Positions 18,504 through 27,317 of a stretch of DNA of 64,000 nt are shown piece after piece. Origin of the DNA: a virus (lineage: Duplodnaviria; Caudoviricetes); the IMG/VR virus record IMGVR_UViG_2791355118_000001, positions 11,865 to 75,864 of that record; one strand, given 5' to 3'. A program made the position numbers and the translations under genes. How positions within the stretch are numbered: the stretch's first letter is position 1; each line of letters opens with the position of its first letter. The notes under the pieces are model-generated. The model was not told where the DNA came from. It saw only the letters and a list, made by a program, of their open reading frames with translations, and ran no database searches.

Positions 18504-18755
18504 TCAGTTGGTGTTGAAGCGGTCCGGCGATGGCTGAATGCCGGCCTCTTTCGCCACAAAGCCCACGACGTCGAGCACGTCATCAGAGCTTAGTTTCTCG
18601 ATGGATTCGGCAAAGCGCCGCTTGAAATAGGTCTGGTGCTCGGCGCCGGCGTAGCGGGCCATGCCGATGGCAGCGGCGAAGGTGATCGCTTCGAGGCGCG
18701 CGCCGCCGAAGCCGGACTTCTGATGGAGGCTGGCGGCGAGGTCGTTGAGGGTCAT
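18504..18755 (-). CDS. Phage hypothetical protein
   Basis: ATG after motif variant CCCTGCCACGGA (18766-18777); operator AGTAACC-GTTCT-GGTTACA at 18778-18796. Confidence 0.7.
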   Translation of the reverse strand: MTLNDLAASLHQKSGFGGARLEAITFAAAIGMARYAGAEHQTYFKRRFAESIEKLSSDDVLDVVGFVAKEAGIQPSPDRFNTN

Positions 18756-18852
18756 TGGTCGGTCGTCCGTGGCAGGGAGTAACCGTTCTGGTTACAAATA
18801 TCTTATTCGGTTACACCCCCGATGCAAGAGAAAAAGCGAGGCCCTTGCCGTT

Positions 18853-20166
18853 ATGTTTCAAGGCGTTGTGCCGAAGGAGTGCATCGCGCAAATCCTTCGC
18901 GTCTCTGAGGTCGACAAGTGGGGACGGGTCTATAACTGCTGCTCCGGAACGTTCCGGTTCGAGCAGATCACCCTCGCCACTTTCCCCGGCGTCGAGATGC
19001 ATTCCAACGACGTCAGCCTCTACTCGTCAGCCATCGCCGGCTACGTGCTGGGCAAGCCGATAGACTATGAGTTTCACGGCGCGCTCGACTTCGTGAACGA
19101 GTTCAATTTTCGGGAGCCCGATCAGCGCCTCGCCGCGTTGGCCGTCGGGTTCAATCTCGGCCGCTTCGCTGGCGGCAAGGCGAACGCCTACAAGACCAGC
19201 CATCGCGAGCACCTGGTTGAGAACTTCGGCAGCTATGTCGAGCGCACCCTGGAGAAGGTCCGCAAGCTTCCGGGCATGATCCCGATCAAGAGCTATTCGC
19301 CGCGCGACTGGATCCTGCATCTCGAGGAGGCGATCGACCGCAAGGCCGCGATCTTCTCCTACCCGCCGTTCTACAAAGGCGGCTACGAAAAGATGTTCGA
19401 GTTCCTGGCCGAGAACATCAAATGGGGAGCTCCCCGATATGAGCTGTTCGACCCCAAGGCGCTGCGCGGTCTCATCGAGCGCGTGCGGCAGGCGGGCGTC
19501 CCCTACTGCATCCTCTCGGACCAGATTTACGACGATCTGAAACCGGAGCTGGAATTCGTCTCCGGGCGCGGCCATCCGCACTACTGCTACGTGTCGACAG
19601 GCAAGTCGTCCTACCTGCAGCTCGTGCCGCGGTCGGCGCCGTTCCGCTACAAGCCGATCGACATCGACAAGATCAAGCCGGATTCGGTCGTGACGATTGG
19701 CCGGGCCGATGCCGCCCAGATGACGTTCCTCAAGGACGTTTACCTCAAGAAGGGCATCACCCACACGCCCGGCATGGTGAACTATCTGGTGCGGGTCGAC
19801 GACATGCTGGTCGGCGGCCTGATCTACAACCTCGACAAATTCGCGAAGCGGTCGATCTACCTGCTGTCCGACTTCGCCATCTCGCGCGAGGGCAGGCTGT
19901 CAAAGCTAGTCACCAGGCTCGCCTGCAACGGCGAGCTGCTGCGCGACATGGGCAAGCGCTTCATCGACCGTTTCGACAAGGTGCAAACCTCGGCGTTCTC
20001 GGATCATCCCGTCTCGATGAAATATCGCGGCATCTTCGAGCAGACCAAGCGCGAAGAGATCGACGAGCCGGAAGGCAAGTTCCGCCTGCATTACGTCGGC
20101 GCCCGCATCGACGAGACGCCGCAACAAGCGTTCGAGTGGTGGTATGGCAAGCACTTCAAGCGTTGA
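18853..20166 (+). CDS. Putative DNA-modification protein: Dam-like methyltransferase fold plus C-terminal possible GNAT/Mom-like domain
   Basis: MFQGVVP N-terminus, CCSGTF (motif I-like), HSNDVS, SYPPFYKGGYE (motif IV-like); C-terminal VDDMLVGGLIY...YLLSDF...RLSKLV...SMKYRG. Confidence 0.65.
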   Translation: MFQGVVPKECIAQILRVSEVDKWGRVYNCCSGTFRFEQITLATFPGVEMHSNDVSLYSSAIAGYVLGKPIDYEFHGALDFVNEFNFREPDQRLAALAVGFNLGRFAGGKANAYKTSHREHLVENFGSYVERTLEKVRKLPGMIPIKSYSPRDWILHLEEAIDRKAAIFSYPPFYKGGYEKMFEFLAENIKWGAPRYELFDPKALRGLIERVRQAGVPYCILSDQIYDDLKPELEFVSGRGHPHYCYVSTGKSSYLQLVPRSAPFRYKPIDIDKIKPDSVVTIGRADAAQMTFLKDVYLKKGITHTPGMVNYLVRVDDMLVGGLIYNLDKFAKRSIYLLSDFAISREGRLSKLVTRLACNGELLRDMGKRFIDRFDKVQTSAFSDHPVSMKYRGIFEQTKREEIDEPEGKFRLHYVGARIDETPQQAFEWWYGKHFKR

Positions 20167-20884
20167 CTGGAAGGCCCTTGATATCGAGGCGCGCCAGGTT
20201 GATCCGAACACGCTCCGCCGCCGCGAGAAGAACGCGCACTACATGGCACCGGCCATGTTCAAGCGCCTTGTCGAGAACGTCAAAATCGATGGCCGCCTCA
20301 CCACCACGGTCCTGGCGTGCGAGAACAAGGACGGCTCTCTCGAGATCCTGTCGGGACATCATCGCACGGCCGCGGCGATCGAGGCCGGCTTGCCGATGGT
20401 CGACGCGCTCGTGATCACCACCCCGTTGAGCGAAAAGCGCAAGGTGGCGATCCAGCTCAGCCACAACTCGATCAACGGCGAGGATGACCAGTCGCTGCTT
20501 GCCCAGCTCTACGCCTCGCTCGACATTGATGCGAAGAAGTTCTCCGGTCTCGATGACAGCGTGCTCTCTGGTGACAAGGGACCAGGTGCGACAGCGCTCG
20601 GCGGGGCGAACATCAAATACGACGAGCTGCTGTTCTCCTTCCTGCCGGAAGACCGCGTGCGTTTCGAGGTAGAGCTGGAGGCACTCGCCAAAAGGGCCAA
20701 GCGCTTCCGCATCCATGCCGCGCCGCAGTCGAAGTTCGACGAGTTCTTCGACGCCATCGTGCGCACCAAGAGCCAGCTCAACATCGTCAATTCGGGCATC
20801 GCCCTCTCGGTCATGGCGCGCCTTGCCGGCGAGCGGCTGGATCAACTCGAAGCGGAAGCGGAGGACAAATCCGATGCGGCATGA
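20144..20884 (+). CDS. ParB/Srx N-terminal-domain protein, terminase-associated
   Basis: KNAHYM...LVENVK...EILSGHHR motif. Confidence 0.8.
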   Translation: MASTSSVDWKALDIEARQVDPNTLRRREKNAHYMAPAMFKRLVENVKIDGRLTTTVLACENKDGSLEILSGHHRTAAAIEAGLPMVDALVITTPLSEKRKVAIQLSHNSINGEDDQSLLAQLYASLDIDAKKFSGLDDSVLSGDKGPGATALGGANIKYDELLFSFLPEDRVRFEVELEALAKRAKRFRIHAAPQSKFDEFFDAIVRTKSQLNIVNSGIALSVMARLAGERLDQLEAEAEDKSDAA

Positions 20885-21023
20885 ACTGCCCAGCTTGCGC
20901 GGCTCGTTTCCCAAGCCCGAAGCGCCCATCGCCGGCCCGCCATTCGGCACCCCGTTTATCGTGGTGCTCGCCATCCTGTCGTTCACCTTCGTCATGTGCC
21001 TCGCACGCGTCCTCCTTCCATGA
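20874..21023 (+). CDS. Small membrane protein (49 aa)
   Basis: SD GGAGG; hydrophobic C-terminus FIVVLAILSFTFVMCL. Confidence 0.5.
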   Translation: MRHELPSLRGSFPKPEAPIAGPPFGTPFIVVLAILSFTFVMCLARVLLP

Positions 21024-21273
21024 TCCAGATGCATTCGTGTGTGTGTAACGTAGTGCCGGTGGTTAGCGTGGCCGCAGCGTCAAGCATTATGGGTCAGTTT
21101 GCATTTCGGCGCATGTTTGCAGACCTTATGCCCAGCAAGGCTTTGCGGCCCGATTTGACCAGCACAATCGCATTCGGTTCGGCTCGCGGCATGATGTCCA
21201 TGCGTTGCGGGATGGGTGGCAAAAAAAAGAGCCATCCCGAACATTCCGAACACTCGCACGCGCGAGTCGTCCG

Positions 21274-21909
21274 GTGATCAAGACCACGACCAGCGTGACG
21301 ACATCGAAGCCGAAGGCCAAGGCCAAGGCTGAAGCGGCCACAGCGAAGCCGAAAGCCGAGCCGAAAAAAAAGCCGGCGCGCGGCAAGAACAAGCCGGCCG
21401 GCAAGGCATCGCCCCCTGTGGCGCCGAAGCCTGCTCCCAAACCTGAGCCGACGCCACTGCCGAAGCCGGCGGAAGGCAACCGGGGCGGGGCATCGCCGAA
21501 GCTGACCGAGCGCGATGTGCCGCGCGTGATCGCGATGCTGCGTCAGTGCGGCGGCATTAAGACGGTCGCGGCGGAGAAGCTGAACGTCGGCCGCACCACG
21601 CTCTACGCCTTCCTGAACGAGCATCCTGAAATCCAGGAGGCCGATTCCGAGATCGCCGACGAGCTGCTCGACGTTGCCGAGGGCCAGGTGGTGATCGCGC
21701 TTCGCTCTGGCGATTTGCAGACCGTGCGCTGGTACCTGGAGCTCAAAGGCAAGGACCGGGGCTATGTGCGCCGCGTCGAGCAGACCGGCAAGAACGGCGG
21801 TCCGGTCGAGACGCAAGCACGGGCGAACCCGAAAGACTACACCGACGAGGAGTTGGACGTCCTGATTGCGGCAGCGCAACGACGGAAGGCCGCCGAAGCG
21901 CAAGGGTGA
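21274..21909 (+). CDS. Terminase small subunit-like protein (Lys/Pro/Ala-rich N-terminus, HTH)
   Basis: IKTVAAEKLNVGRTTLY HTH; KDRGYV...EQTGKNGGPVE tail typical of small terminases; start uncertain. Confidence 0.75.
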   Translation: MIKTTTSVTTSKPKAKAKAEAATAKPKAEPKKKPARGKNKPAGKASPPVAPKPAPKPEPTPLPKPAEGNRGGASPKLTERDVPRVIAMLRQCGGIKTVAAEKLNVGRTTLYAFLNEHPEIQEADSEIADELLDVAEGQVVIALRSGDLQTVRWYLELKGKDRGYVRRVEQTGKNGGPVETQARANPKDYTDEELDVLIAAAQRRKAAEAQG

Positions 21910-21914
21910 ATTGA

Positions 21915-23564
21915 ATGGCGCAGAAGTCTGCCGCCGCCCGCGCGCCGCTCATTGCCCCCGACCTCGAAGACCTGCTGATCGAGCGAGACCGGCGCAAGGC
22001 CAAGGGATCGTTCGCCGAGTTCGTTAAGATGGCCTGGCTCGAACTCGAGCCAGAGACGCCGCTGGTATGGAACTGGCACATGCAGGTGGTTTGCGACCAT
22101 CTGCAAGCGCTGGTCGAGGGCAAGTTTCTCGAGCTGGGCCTCCGCAACCGCCTCGTCATCAACGTGCCGCCCGGCACATCGAAATCGCTTCTCGTCTCGG
22201 TGCTGTTGCAGGCCTGGGAATGGGGACCGGCCGGCCGGCCCGGCATGCGGTATCTGTCGACAGCGTATAACGACGGGCCGGTGAATCGCGACACCCGCAA
22301 ATGCCGCGATCTGATCCTGTCGCGCTGGTACCAGGATCGCTGGCCCGAGGTTTATCTCAGCCGAAGGGCCGAGACCTCGTTTGCCAACAACAGCACCGGC
22401 ACCCGCGAGGGCGTGGCGTTTGGCTCGCTCACCTCGCAGCGTGGCGATCGCCTGATCATCGACGATCCGCACTCGACCGAGACGGCGGAATCGGCGACCG
22501 AGCGCACCGCCACAACCCGCAAGTTTCGCGAGGGCGCGCAAAACCGCCTGAACGACCAGAAGCGCAGCGTGATCATCGTCATCATGCAGCGCCTGCACGA
22601 GGCCGACGTCACCGGCGTCATCCTCGACGGCAAGATGGATTATGTTCATCTCTGCCTGCCGATGCAGTTCGAGCCGGACCGTTGCTGCTACACCCCGGTC
22701 AAGGTTTCCAGCTCCGTCGGCGAGCCGATCCTGGCGCGCTATGACGCGAGCAAGCAACACTGGTACGGCGAGAACGACAATCTGCCAGACGAGCGTCGCG
22801 CCGAGATCGAGGCGATCAAGCTCCAGCTCGTCTGGCGGCAGGATCCTCGCACCGTCGACGGCGAGATCCTCGATCCGATCCGCTTCCCGCCTGATGAGCT
22901 GAAACAGCTCTACAACGACATGACGTCGTATGCCGTCGCGGGCCAGTATCAGCAGCGCCCAGCGCCGCGCGCCGGCGGCATGTTCCAGCGCGCCTGGTTC
23001 GAGGGGCGCATCGTCAGGGCAGCGCCGAAGGGTACGATCTGGGTCCGCCATTGGGACTTGGCCGGGACTCGAGGCGGCACTGGCGCGCGCACCGCCGGCG
23101 TCAAGCTCGGCCGCGATCCCGAGGGCCGGTACTATGTCGGCCATGTCGTGACGCTTCGCGAGGAAGGCAAGTCGGTCCGCAAGACCATCGAGACGCAGGC
23201 CGCGCTCGACGGGAAGACGGTCCACATCAGCCTGCCGCAAGATCCTGGTCAGGCTGGCAAGGCGCAGGTGCAGGATTTCGTCGCCCAGCTCGCCGGCTAC
23301 AAGGTGCATGCCGAGGGCGAGACCGGCGACAAGGTCACGCGCGCCGAGCCGTTCGCCGCTCAATGCGAGCACGGCAACGTCTACATCGTCGAAGGTGAGT
23401 GGAACACGCTCTACCTCGACGAACTCTGCCTGTTCCCAGCCTCCAAGCTGATGGACCAGGTCGACGCATCTTCCGGAGCCTTTACGAGGCTGCTCAACAT
23501 CAAGGGGGCCATGGTGATCAGCGACGACGTTCTTCGGCGCGCTGCCCAGCCGGGGCCGCGATGA
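21915..23564 (+). CDS. terL: Terminase large subunit
   Basis: INVPPGTSKS Walker A, LIIDDPH Walker B, IMQRLH, YQQRP, HWDLA nuclease motif, DQVDA. Confidence 0.95.
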   Translation: MAQKSAAARAPLIAPDLEDLLIERDRRKAKGSFAEFVKMAWLELEPETPLVWNWHMQVVCDHLQALVEGKFLELGLRNRLVINVPPGTSKSLLVSVLLQAWEWGPAGRPGMRYLSTAYNDGPVNRDTRKCRDLILSRWYQDRWPEVYLSRRAETSFANNSTGTREGVAFGSLTSQRGDRLIIDDPHSTETAESATERTATTRKFREGAQNRLNDQKRSVIIVIMQRLHEADVTGVILDGKMDYVHLCLPMQFEPDRCCYTPVKVSSSVGEPILARYDASKQHWYGENDNLPDERRAEIEAIKLQLVWRQDPRTVDGEILDPIRFPPDELKQLYNDMTSYAVAGQYQQRPAPRAGGMFQRAWFEGRIVRAAPKGTIWVRHWDLAGTRGGTGARTAGVKLGRDPEGRYYVGHVVTLREEGKSVRKTIETQAALDGKTVHISLPQDPGQAGKAQVQDFVAQLAGYKVHAEGETGDKVTRAEPFAAQCEHGNVYIVEGEWNTLYLDELCLFPASKLMDQVDASSGAFTRLLNIKGAMVISDDVLRRAAQPGPR

Positions 23565-25138
23565 TCAAGAAACTTTGGGGCGCATTGCGCCGTCGTTGGA
23601 CATGCGGACCAGTCGCCGACGTCCCTGCGTCGGCGCCGCCGGCAGCGGTTCCTCCAGGAGCGCGTCCTCCCACGCGCATCTCGGATGCGATGCTGTCGGC
23701 GATCCGCGCGCAAGCGGCCGCACCGAAGCAGCCGGTGCCGGTCTTCACCCTGCCCAAGCACCCGGATGGCGTGCTCCCGTCGGGCAACACGGGGCTTGCC
23801 ATGGACAGCGCCGTCGGCGCGGTTCAGAGCTGGGCGAACGCCTTCGCGCTGAGCGGCTACTTCTCGGAGGGGATCACCTTCCTCGGCTACGCCTACCTCT
23901 CGGAGCTGGCTCAGCGCCCGGAATACCGGGTGATCTCCGAGACCATCGCGACCGAGATGACGCGCAAATGGATCCGCTTCACCTCGAACGACGGCGAGGA
24001 TAAGGCCGACAAGATCGCGGAGCTGGAGGCCGAGTTCAAGCGCCTCAACGTGCGCGACATCTTTTGCCGCGCCGCCGAGCAGGATGGCTTCTTCGGCCGT
24101 GGTCACATCTACATCGACACCGGTGACACTGACGACTCGGACGAGCTGCAAAAGCCGATCGGCGACGGCTGGGACAAGCTCAGCGTCACCAAGTTCTCCA
24201 AGAAGCCGATCAAGGCGCTGCGCACCGTCGAGGCGGTCTGGTGCTATCCGACCAACTACAACTCGAGCGATCCGCTCAAGGACAACTGGTATCGGCCCGA
24301 CAGCTGGTATGTGCAGGCCAAGATCGTCCACACTTCACGCCTCATCACGTTGATCGGGCGCGAAGTGCCCGACCTGTTGAAGCCGACCTATTCGTTCGGC
24401 GGCTTGTCGCTGTCGCAGATGTGCAAGCCGTATGTCGACAACTGGCTGGAGACGCGCCAGTCGGTGAACGACATCATCTCGATGTTCAGCGTTTTCCTGC
24501 TCGCCACCAATCTCGGCGAGACACTGCAGGCGGATGGCGACCAGCTCTTTCGGCGCGCTGAACTTTTCAACTTGGTCAGGTCCAATCGCGGCTTGATGAT
24601 GATCGATAAGGATAGCGAGGACTTCAAGAACGTCGCGGCTCCGCTCTCCGGGCTCGACGTGCTCCAGGCGCAGGCGCAAGAGCACATGGCGTCGGTGAGC
24701 CACATTCCGCTGGTGAAGCTGCTCGGCACGCAGCCAGCGGGCCTCAACGCCTCATCGGAGGGCGAAATCCAGGTCTTCTACGACTACGTGCACTCGTTCC
24801 AGGAACACCTGTTCCGGCAGCCGCTGCACCGCCTTCTCGGCCTGGTGATGATCTCGCTTTGGGGCGAGACCGACCCCGGCATCGACTTCGAGTTTGAGAA
24901 GCTCGAAGAGACCAACGAGAAGGAAGCGGCCGAGGTTGAAAAGATCAAGGCCGAGCGCGACGTCATCCTGATTGACGGCGGCGTGATCTCGCCCGAGGAA
25001 TCGCGCCAGCGCGTTGGCGGCGATCCCGACTCTGACTTCTCCTCGATCGATGTCGAGGACCTGCCCGACCTTCTCCAAGAGGAGGAGGAAGGCCTGGTGG
25101 TCAAGGGCGCGTCGGAGGAACAAAACGAGGCGGCATGA
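23561..25138 (+). CDS. Portal protein, DUF1073 family
   Basis: Follows terL; FLGYAYLSELAQRPEY...IPLVKLLG-QPAGLNASSEGE motifs. Confidence 0.88.
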   Translation: MIKKLWGALRRRWTCGPVADVPASAPPAAVPPGARPPTRISDAMLSAIRAQAAAPKQPVPVFTLPKHPDGVLPSGNTGLAMDSAVGAVQSWANAFALSGYFSEGITFLGYAYLSELAQRPEYRVISETIATEMTRKWIRFTSNDGEDKADKIAELEAEFKRLNVRDIFCRAAEQDGFFGRGHIYIDTGDTDDSDELQKPIGDGWDKLSVTKFSKKPIKALRTVEAVWCYPTNYNSSDPLKDNWYRPDSWYVQAKIVHTSRLITLIGREVPDLLKPTYSFGGLSLSQMCKPYVDNWLETRQSVNDIISMFSVFLLATNLGETLQADGDQLFRRAELFNLVRSNRGLMMIDKDSEDFKNVAAPLSGLDVLQAQAQEHMASVSHIPLVKLLGTQPAGLNASSEGEIQVFYDYVHSFQEHLFRQPLHRLLGLVMISLWGETDPGIDFEFEKLEETNEKEAAEVEKIKAERDVILIDGGVISPEESRQRVGGDPDSDFSSIDVEDLPDLLQEEEEGLVVKGASEEQNEAA

Positions 25139-25408
25139 GCGAGGGCCCGCGAAATCCGGCTTCGGCTGGTCGAGCTGGTGGGCGCAAGCACGTCGGGCGA
25201 GATAGACCCCGACAAGTTCTTCAAAACCGTTCTCGTGTTGGAACGGTTTATCTGGGATGCAGGTGTTGCCAAGCCCGAGGAGCCGGCAGATAGTGCGGCT
25301 CCCGCCAGGATAACGCCGGCACCGCTTGATCACGCTCAACCTCTGGGAACTCCTCAAAGCACAGACGCCCGACGATCGCGAGATCGCCGAGACGCTGAGG
25401 GATCGTGA
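25135..25408 (+). pseudogene. Small hypothetical gene with +1 frameshift at the 4th codon
   Basis: ATG AGC GAG G GCC CGC GAA: removing one G gives MSEAREIRLRLVELVGASTSGEIDPDKFF..., coupled ATGA/GTGA on both sides. Confidence 0.55.
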
Positions 25409-26229
25409 TGTCCAGCCTGCAAAGTCGTCGGACGGCCAAGCGCAACGAAAAGGTGCTTCGCCCCGTCCGGCCCAACGTCGGGATTGAGACGGCCTATGGG
25501 GGCCGGCTGACGCGCTTGATCGACGTCATGAGCGACAGCGTGATCTACTGGCTCAAAGCCTCCTACCGGGCCAATACGCCCCGCTTGGCGCAGGACGAGA
25601 CGCCGGCGGATGCGCTGCGCCGAGCGATCCGCAAGCTTGCCGCGCAGTGGATCAAGCGCTTCGACGTCGCGTCCGAGCAGCTGGGCGACTATTTCGCGCT
25701 CTCGGTCGAGAAACGTTCGAGCGCGGCGCTACGCAAGATCCTGCGCGATGGCGGCATCTCGGTCGAGTTCAAGATGACGGCGGCGATGCGCGACGTTGTC
25801 GACGCGACGATCCACGCCAATGTGGCGCTGATCAAGTCGATCCCATCTCAGTATTTCGACCAGGTCGAAGGCGCGGTGATGAGGTCGGTCCAGACCGGCC
25901 GCGACCTCGCCGGCCTCGTGCAGGACCTGGAGCGCTATTCCGGGATCACGAAGCGCCGCGCCGCGTTCATCGCGCTCGACCAGAACAACAAGGCGACATC
26001 GGCCTTCAACACGGCGCGCCAGCTGGAACTCGGTATCGATGAAGCTGAGTGGCACCACAGCGGCGGCGGCAAGGAACCTCGGCCCACGCATGTACAGGCC
26101 GGCCGTGAGAAGGTCCGCTACAAGATTTCGACCGGCTGGTATGACCCGGCCGTCAAGCGTTTCATCCGGCCGGGCGAGGAACCCGGTTGCCGATGCGTCG
26201 GGAAGCCGATCATCAAGGGCTTCTCCTAA
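25405..26229 (+). CDS. Minor head / MuF-like head morphogenesis protein
   Basis: IALDQNNKA...W.HS...PRPTH...PGEEPGCRC. Confidence 0.88.
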   Translation: MMSSLQSRRTAKRNEKVLRPVRPNVGIETAYGGRLTRLIDVMSDSVIYWLKASYRANTPRLAQDETPADALRRAIRKLAAQWIKRFDVASEQLGDYFALSVEKRSSAALRKILRDGGISVEFKMTAAMRDVVDATIHANVALIKSIPSQYFDQVEGAVMRSVQTGRDLAGLVQDLERYSGITKRRAAFIALDQNNKATSAFNTARQLELGIDEAEWHHSGGGKEPRPTHVQAGREKVRYKISTGWYDPAVKRFIRPGEEPGCRCVGKPIIKGFS

Positions 26230-26230
26230 G

Positions 26231-26263
26231 GAAAAGCGCGTGATCGTACGGGATCACGCGCTT
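26231..26263 (-). terminator. Intrinsic terminator hairpin between convergent genes
   Basis: aagcgcgtgatc-gtacgg-gatcacgcgctt with a U-tract on the minus strand. Confidence 0.7.
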
Positions 26264-26284
26264 CAGTGCGCCCGTTTTGCCGGT

Positions 26285-26536
26285 TCAGCGTCTGAACATT
26301 CGGGCAACGGCGATCAAAATACATGCGCCAATGAAGCCGGCGACGAGATAGCCAAGCCATCCGGTCAATGATACGCCCAGCAATCCGAGAAGGAGGTTAG
26401 CGACGATGGCGCCGACAACCCCCAAAAGGATGTTCATGAGCACGCCCATATTGCTCTTCATGAACATCTCGGCGAGCCAGCCGGCGATCCCGCCGATGAC
26501 GATAGCCGCTATCCAACCGACACCTGCAGTTTCCAT
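26285..26536 (-). CDS. GlsB/YeaQ/YmgE-family stress membrane protein (moron)
   Basis: GWIAAIVIGGIAGWLA...NILLGVVGA...GFIGACIL. Confidence 0.9.
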   Translation of the reverse strand: METAGVGWIAAIVIGGIAGWLAEMFMKSNMGVLMNILLGVVGAIVANLLLGLLGVSLTGWLGYLVAGFIGACILIAVARMFRR

Positions 26537-26575
26537 GTTTCCCCTTTCCTAGAACCGAAATTGGTTCGGCGGGAA

Positions 26576-26601
26576 AACGTGCGGTAAACGAATAAAGTTC
26601 C
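26576..26601 (-). promoter_or_regulatory. EcfG/RpoE2-type promoter GGAAC-N17-CGTT
   Basis: Consensus match upstream of the GlsB-like gene. Confidence 0.7.
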
Positions 26602-26643
26602 TCGGGTGCGTGTGTGAACGGTCGCCGTGCTCTCGATAACGGC

Positions 26644-26958
26644 TCAGGCGGCAGCATGCAGCGTCGGGATGGCCTCGATCTCGGCGCTGAGGGCCTTCTC
26701 GGCCTGCTCCAGATCATAGTTGCGCTGGAGGTTGAGCCAGAGCACCGGACCGTTGCCGACCAGCTTTCCAATGCGGAGAGCCATCGCGACCGTGATGGGC
26801 TGCTTTTCGTCCAGGATGTCGTAGAGCGTGCGGCGCGAAATGCCGAGCAGCTTCGCGATCTCCGACTTCGGCTTGTCGAGCGCCGGAAGCACGTCTTCGC
26901 GCAGAAGCTCGCCGGGATGCATTGCGGGCAGGCTGCGCTTGATGTGTGGAGTGTTCAT
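26644..26958 (-). CDS. higA: HigA-family antitoxin (HTH-XRE)
   Basis: MHPGELLREDVL...ISRRTLYDIL...MALRIGK...WLNLQ.YDL. Confidence 0.92.
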   Translation of the reverse strand: MNTPHIKRSLPAMHPGELLREDVLPALDKPKSEIAKLLGISRRTLYDILDEKQPITVAMALRIGKLVGNGPVLWLNLQRNYDLEQAEKALSAEIEAIPTLHAAA

Positions 26959-27236
26959 CAGTGGTAATCCTCTAGATGGATGTCGGTAGCGTCTTCGCCG
27001 TCCCAACCGAAGGTGATGCGCCAGTTTCCGGTCACCCGAACAGAATAGCGGCCTTTGTCTTGGCCGGCGAGTCCGTGGAAATGATAGCCGGGCAGGTCCA
27101 TGTCCTGAGGCCGCGCTGCCGCTTCCAGAGCCCGCAAGATGCGAGCGACACGCTTGTCATCCTGAACGCTAAGGCCGCGTGCTTTGCCGGTCTCGAAGAA
27201 GCGTTGCAGGGCCTTCCTTTTGAATGACTTGATCAT
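26958..27236 (-). CDS. higB: HigB/RelE-family toxin
   Basis: MIKSFKRKAL...YSVRVTGNWRITF...LEDYH; toxin precedes antitoxin. Confidence 0.92.
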   Translation of the reverse strand: MIKSFKRKALQRFFETGKARGLSVQDDKRVARILRALEAAARPQDMDLPGYHFHGLAGQDKGRYSVRVTGNWRITFGWDGEDATDIHLEDYH

Positions 27237-27242
27237 GCCGAA

Positions 27243-27296
27243 AGTGTAAGGCGCTGCCTCACATAAGTCAACCAGAATGTGAGGCTACGCCTTACA
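27243..27296 (-). promoter_or_regulatory. higBA sigma70 promoter TTGACT-17-TACACT with two palindromic operators
   Basis: TGTAAGGC-GCT-GCCTCACA (27245-27263) and TGTGAGGC-TAC-GCCTTACA (27278-27296). Confidence 0.8.
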
Positions 27297-27317
27297 GTTT
27301 AACGGAAAGTCTGACCG

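Noticed and set aside
7144-18777. CRISPR array or integron attC array interpretation of the repeated motif
   Set aside because: Repeats are only ~13 bp, irregularly spaced by whole genes, lack attC-style long inverted structure, and no cas or integron integrase gene is present.
21216-21275. A8 tract near the start of the small terminase as a phase-variation site
   Set aside because: The start codon is uncertain and a downstream GTG gives an intact protein without slippage.
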